A DNA stretch of 64,000 bases, taken from NCBI GenBank assembly GCA_002633005.1, contig NMRA01000468.1, forward strand, positions 62,001 through 126,000, read 5' to 3'. Positions 25,126-38,934 of the stretch are shown one piece after another. Under the pieces are notes generated by a model. The model saw only the letters and a list, made by a program, of their open reading frames with translations. It was not told the origin of the DNA and made no database searches. Source of the DNA: Phoronis australis. Lineage: Eukaryota > Animalia > Phoronida. The stretch's first letter is position 1. Each line of letters opens with the position of its first letter. A program made the translations under genes and the position numbers.

Positions 25126-27521
25126 TTGACATGACATGGCCGAATGGAAAACACAGTTGGGGCTTTTTCAGCAGAGAAAATTTTAATGTCAGCGATGCGA
25201 CCTTTCGTACCTACGATTTTCGATTACCATTTGAACTGTTTAGTCTGTGAGCTAGCCAATCTATCTATCTTGTACAATTCGTGTCATGTTAAGGTCACTT
25301 CCTCTTCGTTTTTCGTCAACAGGACCGGACAACTTGCGCCACCATATGGTCTCCACCAACAACAATCCCCAGTTTGTGGGAAATGGCTTGCGGTCCTTCG
25401 AACAGACTAGTCAAATGTCTTATCTAACGAGGCCTGCACCTGAATCGAAATTCCCTCTTGCCAAGAACGGAAGGATTGGGGAGATCGGTTGGCCAGTGGA
25501 ATATTTCAAAGTTGTTAAGGGAGTGTAACTAAGGGCGTGCATAGGAGAGGATCCACGAGGGAGTCTAGACTTCCCTGTTGGTCACTTTTACGTTGTTGTA
25601 ATGGAGTAAACGGCAAGCACGCCCGAAAGTTGTCCCTTGTCGAACCCCCTGGGCAAAATCTTGGGTCCACGGCTGGTGTGATGTAAATTCAATTCAACAC
25701 TCACTCGAATTATGGAATACTGTAATGAACGCCGAAGGCACAAAAACTACAAAACTGGCAGTCTCTTAGTAGAAAACGTTAAGTGAAATTTAATTGGCGT
25801 GAGAACATATCATGTTCGAGTTGCATGAGAGAAAATTCATTTCCTGTCCACATAAATTTATGTGTCGCTAGTGAATTGTTGATTTGACTTATGCACACTC
25901 AGTCATAATGCAATATTTTCCTTGGCTGTAACTTCGATCTTTGCTTTGATGTGTATGAATCCATACACAAGTGATCAAAATGTAGTAATCCGCCCCCATA
26001 TATTGGTACCGCCACAACTAATACATGTGATGTATTACATACGTAGTAAACTATAACAGTATAGGGGTGAATTTTTAGAAATCTTATACACATCTTGAGC
26101 ACATGTGTGTGTGAATGCGAAGTGCTTGTCGTTGAAATCCCATTTTTATTGTTGCTGAAATACCGTGATTATTTATGTGAGTGCAGAGGAAGGCTTGTTT
26201 TAATCAACTTATGTTATAATTGACGACGCAATGATTTTTGTGCGCCCTTGCGTTTATTTTCCAGGCTAGACAGCGTGCAACTGCTCAGATTTGCTCAAAT
26301 AATTTGCTTGTGCAATGATTTGACCGATGCATTCGACCAAATTCTTTGTTAGGCCTACTTTTTTCTCATACGACTTTGTAGTTGTTTGCTGTTCAAATTA
26401 TATTACGGCAACTCTTCAGTTGCTTCGCACAACAAACGTGATTGCCAGATATGCCATTTTTCGATTTAAAAAAAGGTTTACTACGGTGCCTTCAGATTAT
26501 TGTAAAGTTACTAAATGTTTCTCATGATGGCTACACAGTACAAGTTGTGTCAACAATGAATTCAAATTTCTTACTATTAATTATTGTTTCAGAGAGTTCA
26601 TAATTATATGTAAAACGAAATTCCATGTTTAAGTCATGTTTTGTGCAAATCTGCTTAAAGTCGATTACCGTAGCCTTATTTTTGTCCTAATTTTAATCGT
26701 TCTTGTAATTTAGCATTAAACTATTTTGTTTTTACGACTGATGTCTTTGCAGGGGTAATATTTACTACTCTCGTTATATGGTTATAAGGTATGTGATGTT
26801 ACATCGAGTCACCATTAGAGAGAGAAAGTCAACACCGTGTACATTTTTCGTTAAGTAACTGAGCGAAAAACTACGATAGGGTCAAAATGTTTAGATAAAC
26901 TGCTAGCGTCCTATTTTGTCAGAGATGACCGAGGAGGTAACTTTTGTAGACAAAGACAGATGGTACCGATACTTCAAATCTCTAGTGGTATACAACAGTT
27001 GGTCAAGTACTCCTAGAATGGGTAACCCGCGTTTTAATTGTTGTGTAAAACATTTGCTCAAATTTAATAACTACATTTACGTGAAATAAAATGTTACCAA
27101 ATGGCTTTGATTCTCTATGACATTCACTGGCTTTGAAAAGGTGTAGTGCTTTCTAAGTGGAAGCTCATGACTGCCAACTTAGGCGAAATTTCCTGTGGAC
27201 GTTTGTGCTCAAGGCGTTGTTGGACTTCTCTGCAAACGAAGTGGGCCAGGATCCTATTCTGCAGTGCAAAATACTCGGGAATGAAAGGTGTGAGATCAAG
27301 AGCTTTGCTTATAATGTATGGTGATATCTCGCAAAGATTTGCGTGATCGCTCCAAACTCTCAAGAAACCACCCTTACGAAACGCATCTCTGGTGTAAATC
27401 ACAAAAGCTGACTGTTTTTTCTGACGCTTTGATGTATGAAGTACGAAAGCATAATACGTCTGTTTAATCTATCATTGTTATTGCTTCCCCCACCGCCGCT
27501 CCTGCTACACCAAGGCTACAT

Positions 27522-27957
27522 TGGCCGGTTGCATGAAACAGTCCCAAATGGGGACTCAACTAAGGACCCAAACTCTATTTGCGTATTTGTGTGTTTATGG
27601 ACTCACAGACGCAATATTTTTCCTATCGTTTCATCTTTATGAGCTCCTCTTTGATTAATGACGTTTTCTGATGATATGACTAAAACTGAGCCCAGAGTTC
27701 TCTGAAAATAAATAGATACTCAGTCCTTGAATTGGAAGTGTTGCACGAAAAGATCCCTAATTATTTTCGATAATATTGACAATTCAACGTAAAGTTTACT
27801 CTCGATTTGTATCAAAGACAAGAGTTGACTTGGTAATTAAACTAAAAATAATGCAAGAATGGACAATAGATGTTTGCACAAGCCCACTAATACGCAATAG
27901 TTTTATGGAACTTAGTTGAGTCCCTATTTGAGACTCAGTGCTTCATGCAACTGGGCA
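27522..27957. mobile_element. MITE with ~40-bp terminal inverted repeats
   Basis: tggccggttgcatgaaaca.gtcccaaatggggactcaactaag / cttagttgagtccctatttgagactcagtgcttcatgcaactgggca. Confidence 0.75.
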
Positions 27958-29172
27958 CTGATTCTCAAGGATATATCTGAAAGGGATTTCTAGCAGTCAG
28001 AATGACGTCAAATACCGTCTTCCAGTTCAATAAGAAGCCACAACCTGCTTGATAGCGTCACTTCTACATGACCTTGCTGTGAATGTAAGTCCAATCATCA
28101 GCTTTTGGATATCGTGCGTCACTCTCCAACAGGTGTCTCTGTTTTCTACTCCATTAAGATGACAACTCGAGTACTCGTTCTCTCTCACTCAGTAAAAGAA
28201 TCATTGCGTGCAAATAAATGTGCTACAAAAAATAGTCGATTAGAGCCTGCGACAAACAATCCTTTCGACAAAGAAATTCTGTCTCAAAAACTCCTTCGGT
28301 CGTTATGCTGTCTGTGTCTGAATGAGCAAATCAGCCGAAGGGGTTGCGCGTTTTTAAGTGAATCTTATGATGACGCAAATTTTTTTACCGTTCTACCATT
28401 CCAGTTCTTCTCACCTCAGTGGAGAACCTATAAAATAATCATATTTCGATAAACCATGTTTATTTCACCAAGAATGCTTAAGCTTAATTTAATTTCATTG
28501 AGGCGTTGGGTCTTTAGTAAACTTTAGCAACCTGAAACGAAGTCGTGACAAGAATTAAACGGTCTGTCGATTGAATGAAACACAGTCTGATCATGTGTCA
28601 CTTTTCAGATAGAGTTACATACGCTAATCTGACACAAAACATCTGTAAATAATCGCCTTACTTTATTTTTCGTATCATAGCAATGGCATAAAACAGCGTC
28701 TGAAAAATCACGTTGTAAAGAACTGAGCTGCACCACATTCTGGGAAAAGAAATAACCATACTAGCACTTTAGGGATGGCGGTGACTTGTGGGAAGGCAGA
28801 GTGCTTGCGCACAAATTACCATATGTGTGCAACGATAATTCAATGAAAGTGACTCCTACAAAGATCTGTAAGAAGGTAAAAATCATTGGTGAGGCAGACG
28901 TTATCAACATATGCACCCAACCTCCCCCCACTCGATCGTCTCTTTAGTCCCCCCCATGTAGTCACAAGTTCACAAGTCGCCCCCCCCCTCCTCAGTTCCC
29001 ACCTTGTTCTAATTTGTTCTGATCTTTAAGTTGTTGAGGATCACCATTCTTTGTGGTAACGATGATGGTCGCAACTTTTTTGGCTATTTTTCATCAAAAT
29101 TAAATTATGCTGACTCACAGTTTAGTACTAAAGGGTTATGACCTACAACACCACAATTTTACATGTACTTAC

Positions 29173-29295
29173 GCTGCAACGGCTGCACAGGTAACAAAGA
29201 CCAACTTCTCTTAAAAGAACCGCTGCACTCCATGACGCGGTTGTCGGCACAAAAATGCTGGCCGGGTCTGTGCAGTACGCCGTCGTATTTGCATC
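29173..29295 (-). CDS. Candidate isolated coding exon (Cys-containing, VWC-like start) of an unidentified minus-strand gene
   Basis: Strong acceptor ttttgtcttgcag and donor gtaagt; 123 nt; the phase-1 frame reads CKYDGVLHRPGQHFCADNRVMECSG...; a second frame is also open. Confidence 0.3.
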
Positions 29296-32200
29296 CTGCA
29301 AGACAAAATCCACGCCTGTTGTTCGACGGGTTTTTGCGTTTCGTATATTACTCTGATGATGTTTCTATTTGCAGAGCGTCTGCATGTCACGTGTCCTTGC
29401 AAATGTCCATCGTGTGGGACCTTATCAGAAAGTCTGGCATTCAGCCAAATATCTATAAAGCTATAGAATTTAACTCCTTTGGAAGCAGAAACTCTGTAGA
29501 ATTCGATTTTCGTTATTATACCAATCTCTAATTTTTTTGGTCACATGCCCATCGGTCTTTCTAAGTAAAATTTAACATAAAAGAGAGGCATGTCCATACG
29601 AACAAAACGCAATCAAGAACCTAGCCAAATTTCCTTTGCTATAATTGCTCAAGAAGTTGCTGTTTTCTAAAATTCCATTTTGCATTATGCAGCTTTCTAT
29701 TTGATTTTTAAGGGAAGTTATGAAAGTTTAATATTTGAAATTCCCTCATGCAGACGTGGAACATTTGAAAAACAATTCCTATCACAGTTCCAGAGAGCAG
29801 TGAACAAAACAGTATTTGAAACTTACACATGATTCTGTTCAGCCCATTTCTGAGCTATAACATTCCGAATTTTGTACATTTTCTAGGGTCCTGCTATAAA
29901 CCTGCCTTCCTTCAAAAAACAACTCTTGACTTTGACCAATTGTCGTTATAAAACTGATCTCAACCTGTTTTAGTCGCTTGCGAATTTGAAGCTTGTTAAG
30001 TGATTGAGGCCAGGCATGTGTTCAGTAACGCTAGGACTTAAACAAAATCTAGTCAAAGTTACGTGTTCTCATTTAAAATACACGGCAATATCTTACGTCA
30101 TCTCCCGAAGTCTTGCTTTTTAGTGAGATCCTAGGCTCGGCAAGATGGCTTGTCACGGCGGTTCGTTTTACAAGCCAAGTATTTTCTCAGCATCGATTCA
30201 AATAGTGACAAATTGTCAGTCCTCTTCACCTGAGTAGGGAACAAGTTGCCCAGTTTTATCTCGGTAAGTGATTTAAATCAAACGTCATAATGTCTTTGAT
30301 GGAAGGTGGATTTGCCGCGGCAGGATTGTCTGACATTCGTGACCTAAAAATTGTAGCGCGCATTTTTATTTCGGAACTAGTGCATATGAAAATAATATAA
30401 ATCATTTCAGGTCTACTGCAGACTGGTCTCGATTTATTGGGAGCGTAGAAATAACGCAGCAGTGATACGTGCCCAAAAACTGAACCACTCCGTTGTCACA
30501 CTTGAACGTGAATCCCTCGCGGTCCGTCCATTGAGCGCCGTCAGGCTTCCTCCAGGAATCTGTTAGGCAGTCGCCGTCATACCGAGACGCTGATCATGAA
30601 ATAAGACCAGAATGCTGTTAATAATACACGAACCGATACCGACAGCAGACGTATTTGTTAGTCAATCTTCACTTATGACAGTGAAGTGAAAATTTATTTT
30701 CTTGAATTTTATTTCAATAACAACCCATATTAATTAATAGAATTCTAGTTTGTTTATTTTCACCTTAATAGGGGATTTTTCATTGACGATCTTTAGAGGA
30801 ATGAGAGCAAGAAACCGACTTCCACTTGATCCTAACTCAGATTTGGTGGACAAATAGAGAAATAAATTCCATTACCAATCCTTCCCAATATTTGGTTAGT
30901 TAAAGTTCACTAGAGTCTAGCTTCTTAACATCAACAAGGATCGAAATTCTTCCGCTTTACCAGTGAGTCGCACTTATGCAACTGCGGCCTCTGCGGTGGT
31001 AACTGCATGGGACATGATGTCCTTCATCTATGGATATTTCAAGAGGTTTGACTTTTCCGCAAACCAGTGAAATTTTGCCGGCATTGTGATAGCAGGAAGC
31101 AGTAGTAAAATTAGGGGTAAGTAGACGCCCAATGCCCACCGTATCACCTTGAACACTGAACGTAACTTACGGTGCGTAGGCGCGTTCAAATGCCAAAATG
31201 TGGTTGGCTATGCCAACGTGCGCCTACGCCACACTGCAGCACTGGCAGGAAGGGTGTTGAAATGCTGTTTTTATCACGAGGTTGAAAGGTGGCACTGAAT
31301 AGTTAGGTTGTGGCCGCGGTCAATTTGCACTCCCAAAATGTTAAAATCTAGGGCTAGGCCAGGCTTGGGGGCATTTTTCAATTAGGTATTGTGTGTAGGC
31401 CAAGTGAATGTTTTTTTGTTGTATTTGTGAACATGCTGGGAATGAAAAAAGGCCAGTTTCTCGGCTGTAGCTGCACTCTTCTTCAAGATGGTGGCCCCCT
31501 GTTGCAGTTGTGCATTGCTGTGTAGCAACTGAGAAATTGGCCGCGATTTCAGGTAGCCCTCAAACAAGCCAGATTTGCAAAAAAACTAGTTGGTTGACAG
31601 TACTTTTGGACCACATTTTTGGAGTCGGTAGGAAATTTGCTTTCGGAATCTAATGTTGGCTTTAGTCGTGCATCGGCAGGAAAGTGGCGATTTTGGGGTG
31701 AAAAGTGCCGATTTTGCATTTTTTTGCCCTCATTTTTCTTAGTTCGGCTTGGTTTCCACTGGGAGTGAATGGGTCAAAAATACAAGAGAGAATAAAGTTT
31801 CTGTGCTCATCTGTAGGGCTTGTGATGTGAAATGACTCAAAACATTTCCTTATTTGCATGCAGTTTTGGACAAAGTGAAGAAAGGGTGAAGAGTGCATTG
31901 ACGTGTGTTCTGACAGGCAAACCCCTGTGAGAACTGTTCTGTGCCCCCAAACCTCCCACGCGTTTGATCTGTAGGTGGCGCTGAACGCGTGACGTGATCT
32001 CCTTCTGAGGGGAAAGTAAATCTCAATATGGCGCGGCTTTTTGAAAGTCAGGAGATGTAAAATAAAATATGTTCCGTTATTTGCATTGTTCCGTGGCAAT
32101 GCCGCTAAATTCATTCTAGCCGTTAAGTAGAGTAGACGCTGGATCAATTTGAGGACAGGAAAGACATCATTATCGACCGTGTAAGCATATAAGCACATGC

Positions 32201-34604
32201 GCCTGTATTTTAGAAATAATGGGCTTTTAAAAAGTTAATTTTAGGCGCATGCGCCTACGCTTCTTGTGGCCGCAGACAGGTGGCTCTTGTGCATGTGGAT
32301 GAAACTGAATGTTTCGTGTGACTTTTCAGACATTTTAAATACTTTTCGATTCATTAATCGTCGCCCTTTGCAAATTCCATTCACCTTTCGTTAAGTTAAC
32401 GATCCCTTGTCGGCCTGCATAACTTATGTTAAGGTCTATTGAATTTACTCCTCGGTTTTACTCAAACGTTTTTGTGTAATTTCTATCAGCTAGGACCCGA
32501 GGTCCTAAGTATTACATTGTCATTGTATTTCTGGTAAACCTTCATGTGTAAAACGAAGTTATGAAAATAACTTTCGTCCAACAAATTCGTACCCCTGGCA
32601 GCAGTTTTTGCTACAAGCTGCGTCAAAAGTGTTCCTCAAAATCATGGGTGTCAAATAACAATTTCAGTATAAGTGTTTCAACATTATGGCCATTTTAGAC
32701 TTGTCACGAGAATGGTTCAAAACGGGCACTGGAGCGAGATTTTGCTAACTGTTTAAGTCGCTGCTTTATTAAAATCTCTTGGAAGCCTGTTCAAACCGCA
32801 TTTAAACAGACATTCCATATGTTTTTACACTCTGCTGCGCGCATTAGAAGGATTCAAGCCAACCAAACACCACTGTTGAATTGGATTCCGCAATCTGCTG
32901 CTTGGGTTTACTTTCTACCGGAAATATTGAACATAAGGTCACTTCCCAAAATTTATTGAAAGAAAACATTAAAAACACAACCATAAATTGTATTCTTAAA
33001 TCATCACTTGAACAGTTCCTGCGCTAACGCATCCTCAACGCGTTTATTTAAAAATTACAAAGTAGGAACACAAATCCCTTGTAGATTAAAAATAGAAAAT
33101 AGACAAAAGAATCGTGTCGATGGGATGGGCGATAGCGATATTCAATCGTGATAAATGGAAGTTGTAAATCAAAAGCAGACCAGCATGCATAAATACACGT
33201 ACGTCGCTTACCAAAATGAGAAAGTGCATGAAATAAATTACGTTCGTGCAGAAACGCACGTCCGTGCCTCCCCAGTTTTGATCCCTCCCTCCTGTATGTT
33301 GTTCGTCCTAATTCCCAATTGAACGTCCGTACTTCCCAGCTTATGATGTACAATTTTTTAATGTTCTTGAGTTTGGGGTGATGAGAACTAAGTTACACGT
33401 AATTTACGCACGGTGTATATACACAAAACGTACCGAGAGTGGCGTTGTTGAAATAATGTCCCACGAGATATTACTCCGCGTGTAATCTGTGGAATAATGT
33501 CGAGTAAGGTTCCCCTGAAGTGCCATCCATTCTGTCCTTTCCCCTCCGCCTCACACTTTAATTCAATGTTGTGCCCCCTCTGTTCCTCCGCTTCCTCCGT
33601 CGATTTGAAACTAATTCCCTCCGTTCCTATCTCCCAACTGTGTCCCCGTATGTTCCCCGTGAATTTTAGTAAAAGGTCTACATTCTCAAGAATTCGCCCC
33701 CTCCCCACACCCCCCCCCGGGCCCCCCTCCCATTTCAGGGCTGGGTGCGCGCATGGTCTCGCCGTTCGCAACCTTCACCCATTCATAGCGTAATCGTGTA
33801 CATGTACAAACACTTGTAAATATCTGGCGTTGTCAAAGCTTATTGAAGTAGGGTAACTTGTTCCAGAGTAACTTGTGCCACTTCTAATCGCTGTGTGGCC
33901 GCAAACCTGGTGTGCGTTCAGCAACGCTAGGACCTACGCTAGGACATACCTAAACTCTAGCTTAAGTCACCTGTTCTCGCTTAAGATACACAGAAATATC
34001 TCACGTAATCTCGCGAAGTCTTGCTTCTTGACGAGGTCCTAGCGTTACTGAACGGGAGGCTGGGGAAGTCGGAATAACTATCTGCTGCCGTTACATACAG
34101 ACGGGTCTTCTTTTGCGCGCCGTATTCGCGTCAGTTGTCCATTGTCTTGCTCAGTGATGCAACTTCCGCGTTACCCTAGTAATCGGATATGCGTATGTGT
34201 GGACGCTCTACTTAAAGTGGTGTACCTATAAGTAGCACTAGTGTGAGTTGTTCCATGTAAGTCTGTTTGTGGACATCTGTTGGGTACAGAAAACAGTTAT
34301 AAATTTCTTAAAATTTACTTGTGGCAGCTAACAGTCGTATTTCGGGGGGCCAGTGGTTTTTGGTACATCGCGTTAATTGTGGTCGGGCACCCTTATGACA
34401 TCCGGCAGCGCTGTAACAGTGCTTTCGACCACCTGCCACCGTTCAAACGTTGGGTTCAAGGTTAACACTTTTTTACTCTTTAATGGACGCAGTGAATGTC
34501 AAAATATTATAACAGGTAAACAAGAATGCACCATTAAGTTTGAATTCTGTCAGAAAGTCGTGATTTGAGGTAATAAAAACGTGGCAACCGTAACAGCAAA
34601 ACGT

Positions 34605-34611
34605 TATAAAA
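34605..34611 (+). promoter_or_regulatory. TATA box of cationic-protein gene copy 1
   Basis: TATAAAA ~30 bp before a CAGT initiator-like site and 78 bp before the ATG; the paralog has TTTAAAA at the equivalent position (~43994). Confidence 0.55.
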
Positions 34612-34682
34612 TGGCCATCGTTGTTTACTTGATGCAGTCGTGTGCTGGCTAACAGAAAGGACGACTTCATTGTTCAAACACG

Positions 34683-36866
34683 ATGAAACTGGTGAGGCAT
34701 TTCGAGGGTTGGTCGCGTAGTATGCAGTCTTCTGCAGCTGCTGTCTGAAGATAAGTTCGGTTGGGTATAATTTAGCAGAAACCCGGCGAAGCGACAAGAA
34801 ATCTCAGTTGTCTGTGCTGATTGGCCGTAGTAGACTTCTAGTCCAGAGTTGTTCTTTTCTTTTGTAAAACAAACTTGAAAATACTTTTTTTATGGATGCA
34901 GATATTTTCGCAGGGCGCACTCTAAAACGTGCGTATGTGGATTTGAAACCACAATCTCTCTAGGTCTATAAATAACGCCGCTAATATTGACGGTGCCCCA
35001 CCTGAAATTAAATTAGCTGATAAAAATATTAATCAATAAATAAAGATTGTAAATTCTAAAACGAGATTCTGTTTAAGGGCCGTTTGGCGTTATTGTTTTT
35101 GCGGGATTGATGCTAACTGAACTGTCTTCCAAGATTGCTTTTCTAGTAGACTCTCGTGGATTTCTACAGGAAAACTGTTGAAGAGCCCATCTATAAACTC
35201 TTTCGCTTTATTGATAATGTCATTCAAATATTATTTTGTAGGTGTTCATATGCGCGCTACTCGTCTGTTTCATCGGGCTGCTCCGAGCTGAAACTGAAGG
35301 AGTGTACGAAGTAAAAGAGGACGATGTTGAAGTAAACGATCGTTCGCTGGAAGAAAGTGTTGATGAAAATGAAGATGGTGACAACGAATCTGAAATCATG
35401 GCTCGCTCGCTAGAGGACGCTGACGAAGAAGACGATGAGTCGGAGATAGCTGTTCGTTCCGAAAGCGACGCAGACGACGAAGACCAGCAAGCAGACGACA
35501 GCCAAGGTGATGATAAAGAGACGGTCCTTGTTGAGCGAGGGAGGAGGAGAAGGAGGAGGAGGAAATTAAAGCGATGCAGCAAGAGAAGATCTGTCACCCT
35601 TTTTGTTAGATTCAGAGGACGCCTCTACAGGCTCCATAGACCAATTTTGGGAACAATTTGCCTTCAACCTGGGTAAGTAAATTGCTGCAATATGCCTTTT
35701 TCCCGCAAACATCTCTAATGCCAGAGATCATTTGGCGATTCTACGACGCATGCGTGATGCAGGCCTAATAGCCCAGACTGTACTCCTACTCTGAATCAAC
35801 ACTCACGCGGAAAAGTGTCTAATAACACAATTGACCACTTTATGACATGAACTCGCATTCATGTTGTCGCCATCTTTAAGCTTTATTATGGCAAAGTTTG
35901 TCGTAATTAACTACCTTACAGTTTTCAAAAAACACGAGGAAATGGAAAAATAAACCTGTAAAAACCCGCCTTAATAACCAAAAGGTTGTGAGACGGTATC
36001 CAGAGAGCTTAGCGCCTAAGGGATCAGTGACCGGTTGCTTGAAACAGTTCAACTAGGGGACTCGGGTATATTCTCGAACGTTTCAGGCCGTTTGCGTACT
36101 TAGTGCATTTACTGATGGTTTTCTCTTCTGCTATTTTTCTTCATTGCTGCTTTAGTACGTTTTAGGTTTGATACACGCCGATAGTAATTTATATGTATAG
36201 GGACCTTTTCACTGATGCAACACCTCTTAAAGGGGTGTGTTCGAAAATTAGTTTCATTGAATTTTAAGCTATATTTTTAGAAAATGTCATGAACTAAAAG
36301 GGAATTCACAATAAAAATAATGTAATAGGAAATGAAACATTGACGGGTAAACAAAGTCTATAAAGGCACTGAAAGTTCAGGGACCTTAGTTTCATGCAAT
36401 CGACCACTGGTGCTTAAGTGTGAAGCATGAATTTAAAACTAAAGCAGTTGATCAGTGGCGTGATAAAACCTACAAAGATGTCTGGACACAGGTTTGTTAG
36501 ATTACTTCAGTCAAACATGGCGGTGAGTGTTCAGGGGGTGTAAACCGTGGCAAAAACGCATTTTCTGTGGTTATACTATCGATAAAATCTTAGATTATAC
36601 ACTGATGTTGTGCAGTTAACAACGATAATATATTGACGCCATAATGTCACCGTTACCGGTTACCGTTGCGTGAAATTTCTTGTTGATTCGCAATTACATT
36701 AATTGTTGCATTGGTGTGAATCCCAGCTTCGTTTATTTGTAGCGCAAGATGCAGAAGATTCTTGTTTTTCCGAGGCACATGTCGCCAGAGCTATCTTCGC
36801 TTCCGTGTCCGCATTCGCAAGTTCTGGATCATCCTTCGCATTCCGCTTTGCCTCTGCCGACGCTAA
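34683..36866 (+). CDS. Secreted prepro-protein copy 1, 187 aa: signal peptide, acidic propeptide, Arg-rich six-Cys (cystine-knot-like) domain; exons 34683-34691, 35242-35672, 36743-36866
   Basis: ATGAAACTG|gtgagg, tttgtag|, GG|gtaagt and tttgtag| give MKLVFICALLVCFIGLLRA-ETEG...VER-GRRRRRRRKLKRCSKRRSVTLFVRFRGRLYRLHRPILGTICLQPGARCRRFLFFRGTCRQSYLRFRVRIRKFWIILRIPLCLCRR*; all splice sites and phases are conserved in copy 2; AATAAA at 37073. Confidence 0.88.
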
Positions 36867-38695
36867 AGAACTCGTAGGCGACCGCTCTGGTACACTGAAT
36901 ACGTATTACCAAGAGAGAAGCTATTTTCACAATGCAATTTGCGACAGTTATTTCAACTTACCACATAGATATTACAACACGTGTTGTCATATTCGATTCT
37001 TTGTCTTTGTTCTTAATTTTCGTCTAAAGTTTTTATTTTGACGTCTGACAGAGAATGACACGTCCAAGTTATAATAAACTCAGTTTTCATTGTACAATCT
37101 CAGTCTTTTCAATGGCGCAGACACGGGGTGTCCAGGGAGTCATTCAGCCATTTTTCTGTTGCTATAATCGAACGATTTAGAATACTCCTTATGCCTGTCC
37201 ATTGTCAGACTCTGCCTTGTCGTTATTTCGGGTCTGTCTCGGTCTGTTTCAATGTATTTGATTATTTAAAAAGAAACTTACAAAACGCAATTACACAAGA
37301 CGGTCATAGTTGTCGAAAGTTCTTGATTTCAAGCCAAAAACATTCGCATTCATCACAAAGCACGCGTTTGCATTGCTGATTAATATAATTGTCTACACTT
37401 TGGCTACAAAACATTAAACTTATCAAATTACATATTTCAATTTCTGAAACCATGTGTATTTTAAAACTTCGATTTTCGGAGCGTATTGTGTGTGCAAAAA
37501 TAATTCCCAGGTGCCCATATGAACAAAGGTAGTAATCCTGGTCGTAGCTAAGACGAAGTTTTCTTGGCAAACAATTCGTTAACATGGTTGGTGAAGACAG
37601 GTTTTCATCTTGAATATCCGCTACGGTTGAGCTAAAGTCAGCAGTAATACTTTTCTTTCACAAAAAATGCAGCGTCGCTTTTATAAAACGTGACGTCACC
37701 ACGATAGTCTTGTCTACATTCCGGCTAGCGACCTTGATAAAATGGCCACCAGGTGTTCGTTATAACAATCATGAATCTTTCATCAAAGACGTTCTTCCAA
37801 GGAAGACGAAGAATACCTGTTGGGTATAATTTCCGTGCATACGTTTATGAAATTACTCCATGATTCTAAAACAGCTGTGTGGTTTCATTGAGTAATAATT
37901 AGAATTTAAAAACACTTTAAGAAGTGCAACAAAGCTAGCACTGACTATAGCTCTGATTTAGACTACAAACACAAAGACGCCACAGCGTTAGCATTGTTTG
38001 GCTCTGGTATATGATTAGCGGGAATCTTGAGGTGGAGCGGAACTGGGCACATGTAAAAAATCAACGTTGATTGTTCTTTTGACAATCCAAGCTTCCTTAT
38101 GTGATCGGGACTATCAGCAAATTCAAAATGAGACATTTACATGTTTATTCAGAAGTACAATGACTATCCAGTCGGGGTATGTACCCGCGCAGTACGTTTG
38201 TAATTGTCTCAGTCGTGTCTACCCAGCCAGTTTTTTGTTCTGCCTCTTGTGTGTTTCCTTTTGCCTCTGAGGAAAAATAGTTGTAAACTTACCTGCTAAA
38301 ACTTGAACCAATAAAATCAATGCACAAACCTGTAAAAATAAAAAAAATCATTTCTGTTGAAAATGTTAAATTTTGGCGGCCATTCAGGATCTTTATCTAT
38401 TTTTGTACTGCTGAGCTAAAGAAGTGGGGATCGTGTGCAGTCTTCTCCGCAAACGCCGATGAACTCGCCAAAGCGTTAGTATGGCTTGTCGATTTTAGAC
38501 TCACTGGGTGGACTGCATAGTGGATTTCTCATATAGCAGTTTTGTAACGTAACAAATATAGCGAACGCTTTTTTAGCTTTGCAATGTTTTCACTTGTAGG
38601 TATAGCCTACAAATGGTCCGATGTTCATTTGTTGTGCAAATAAACAATGACGTTGCGTCTGTTACTTTCTTAACACAAGTATTCTTCGTAATCCG

Positions 38696-38934
38696 GGGTC
38701 TGTTTTATGAAAAGTCACTTACGACTCGAGACAGGCGATCTTAAGCTCCAAAGTAATTTTGAGCGCAGTGAAAAAAAAATATTTTACGGAAATTACAACA
38801 GTAGGCAGAAGTTACGTCTTTATTCTCAGAAACTTGCATTTTTGGTCAAATGATAATTATTTTTTTGAAATACTTGTGTAGAACTTAAAAGGTCGCACTG
38901 ACCTCTTAAAAGTCACTGTTGATGAAACAGGCCC
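38696..38934. mobile_element. MITE with GGG(T/C)CTGTTT termini, present only in duplication unit 1
   Basis: gggtctgttttatgaaaagt ... actgttgatgaaacaggccc; flanks CCG/CTG. Confidence 0.65.

Noticed and set aside
35220-35597. Ser-rich antisense ORF (also 45169-45540)
   Set aside because: Shadow of the GAA/GAT-rich acidic propeptide exon on the + strand
35674-35676. Stop codon ending the acidic-protein ORF (TAA; TGA at 45578)
   Set aside because: In both copies it is part of a consensus donor (GTAAGT/GTGAGT), and a conserved in-frame exon 3 follows
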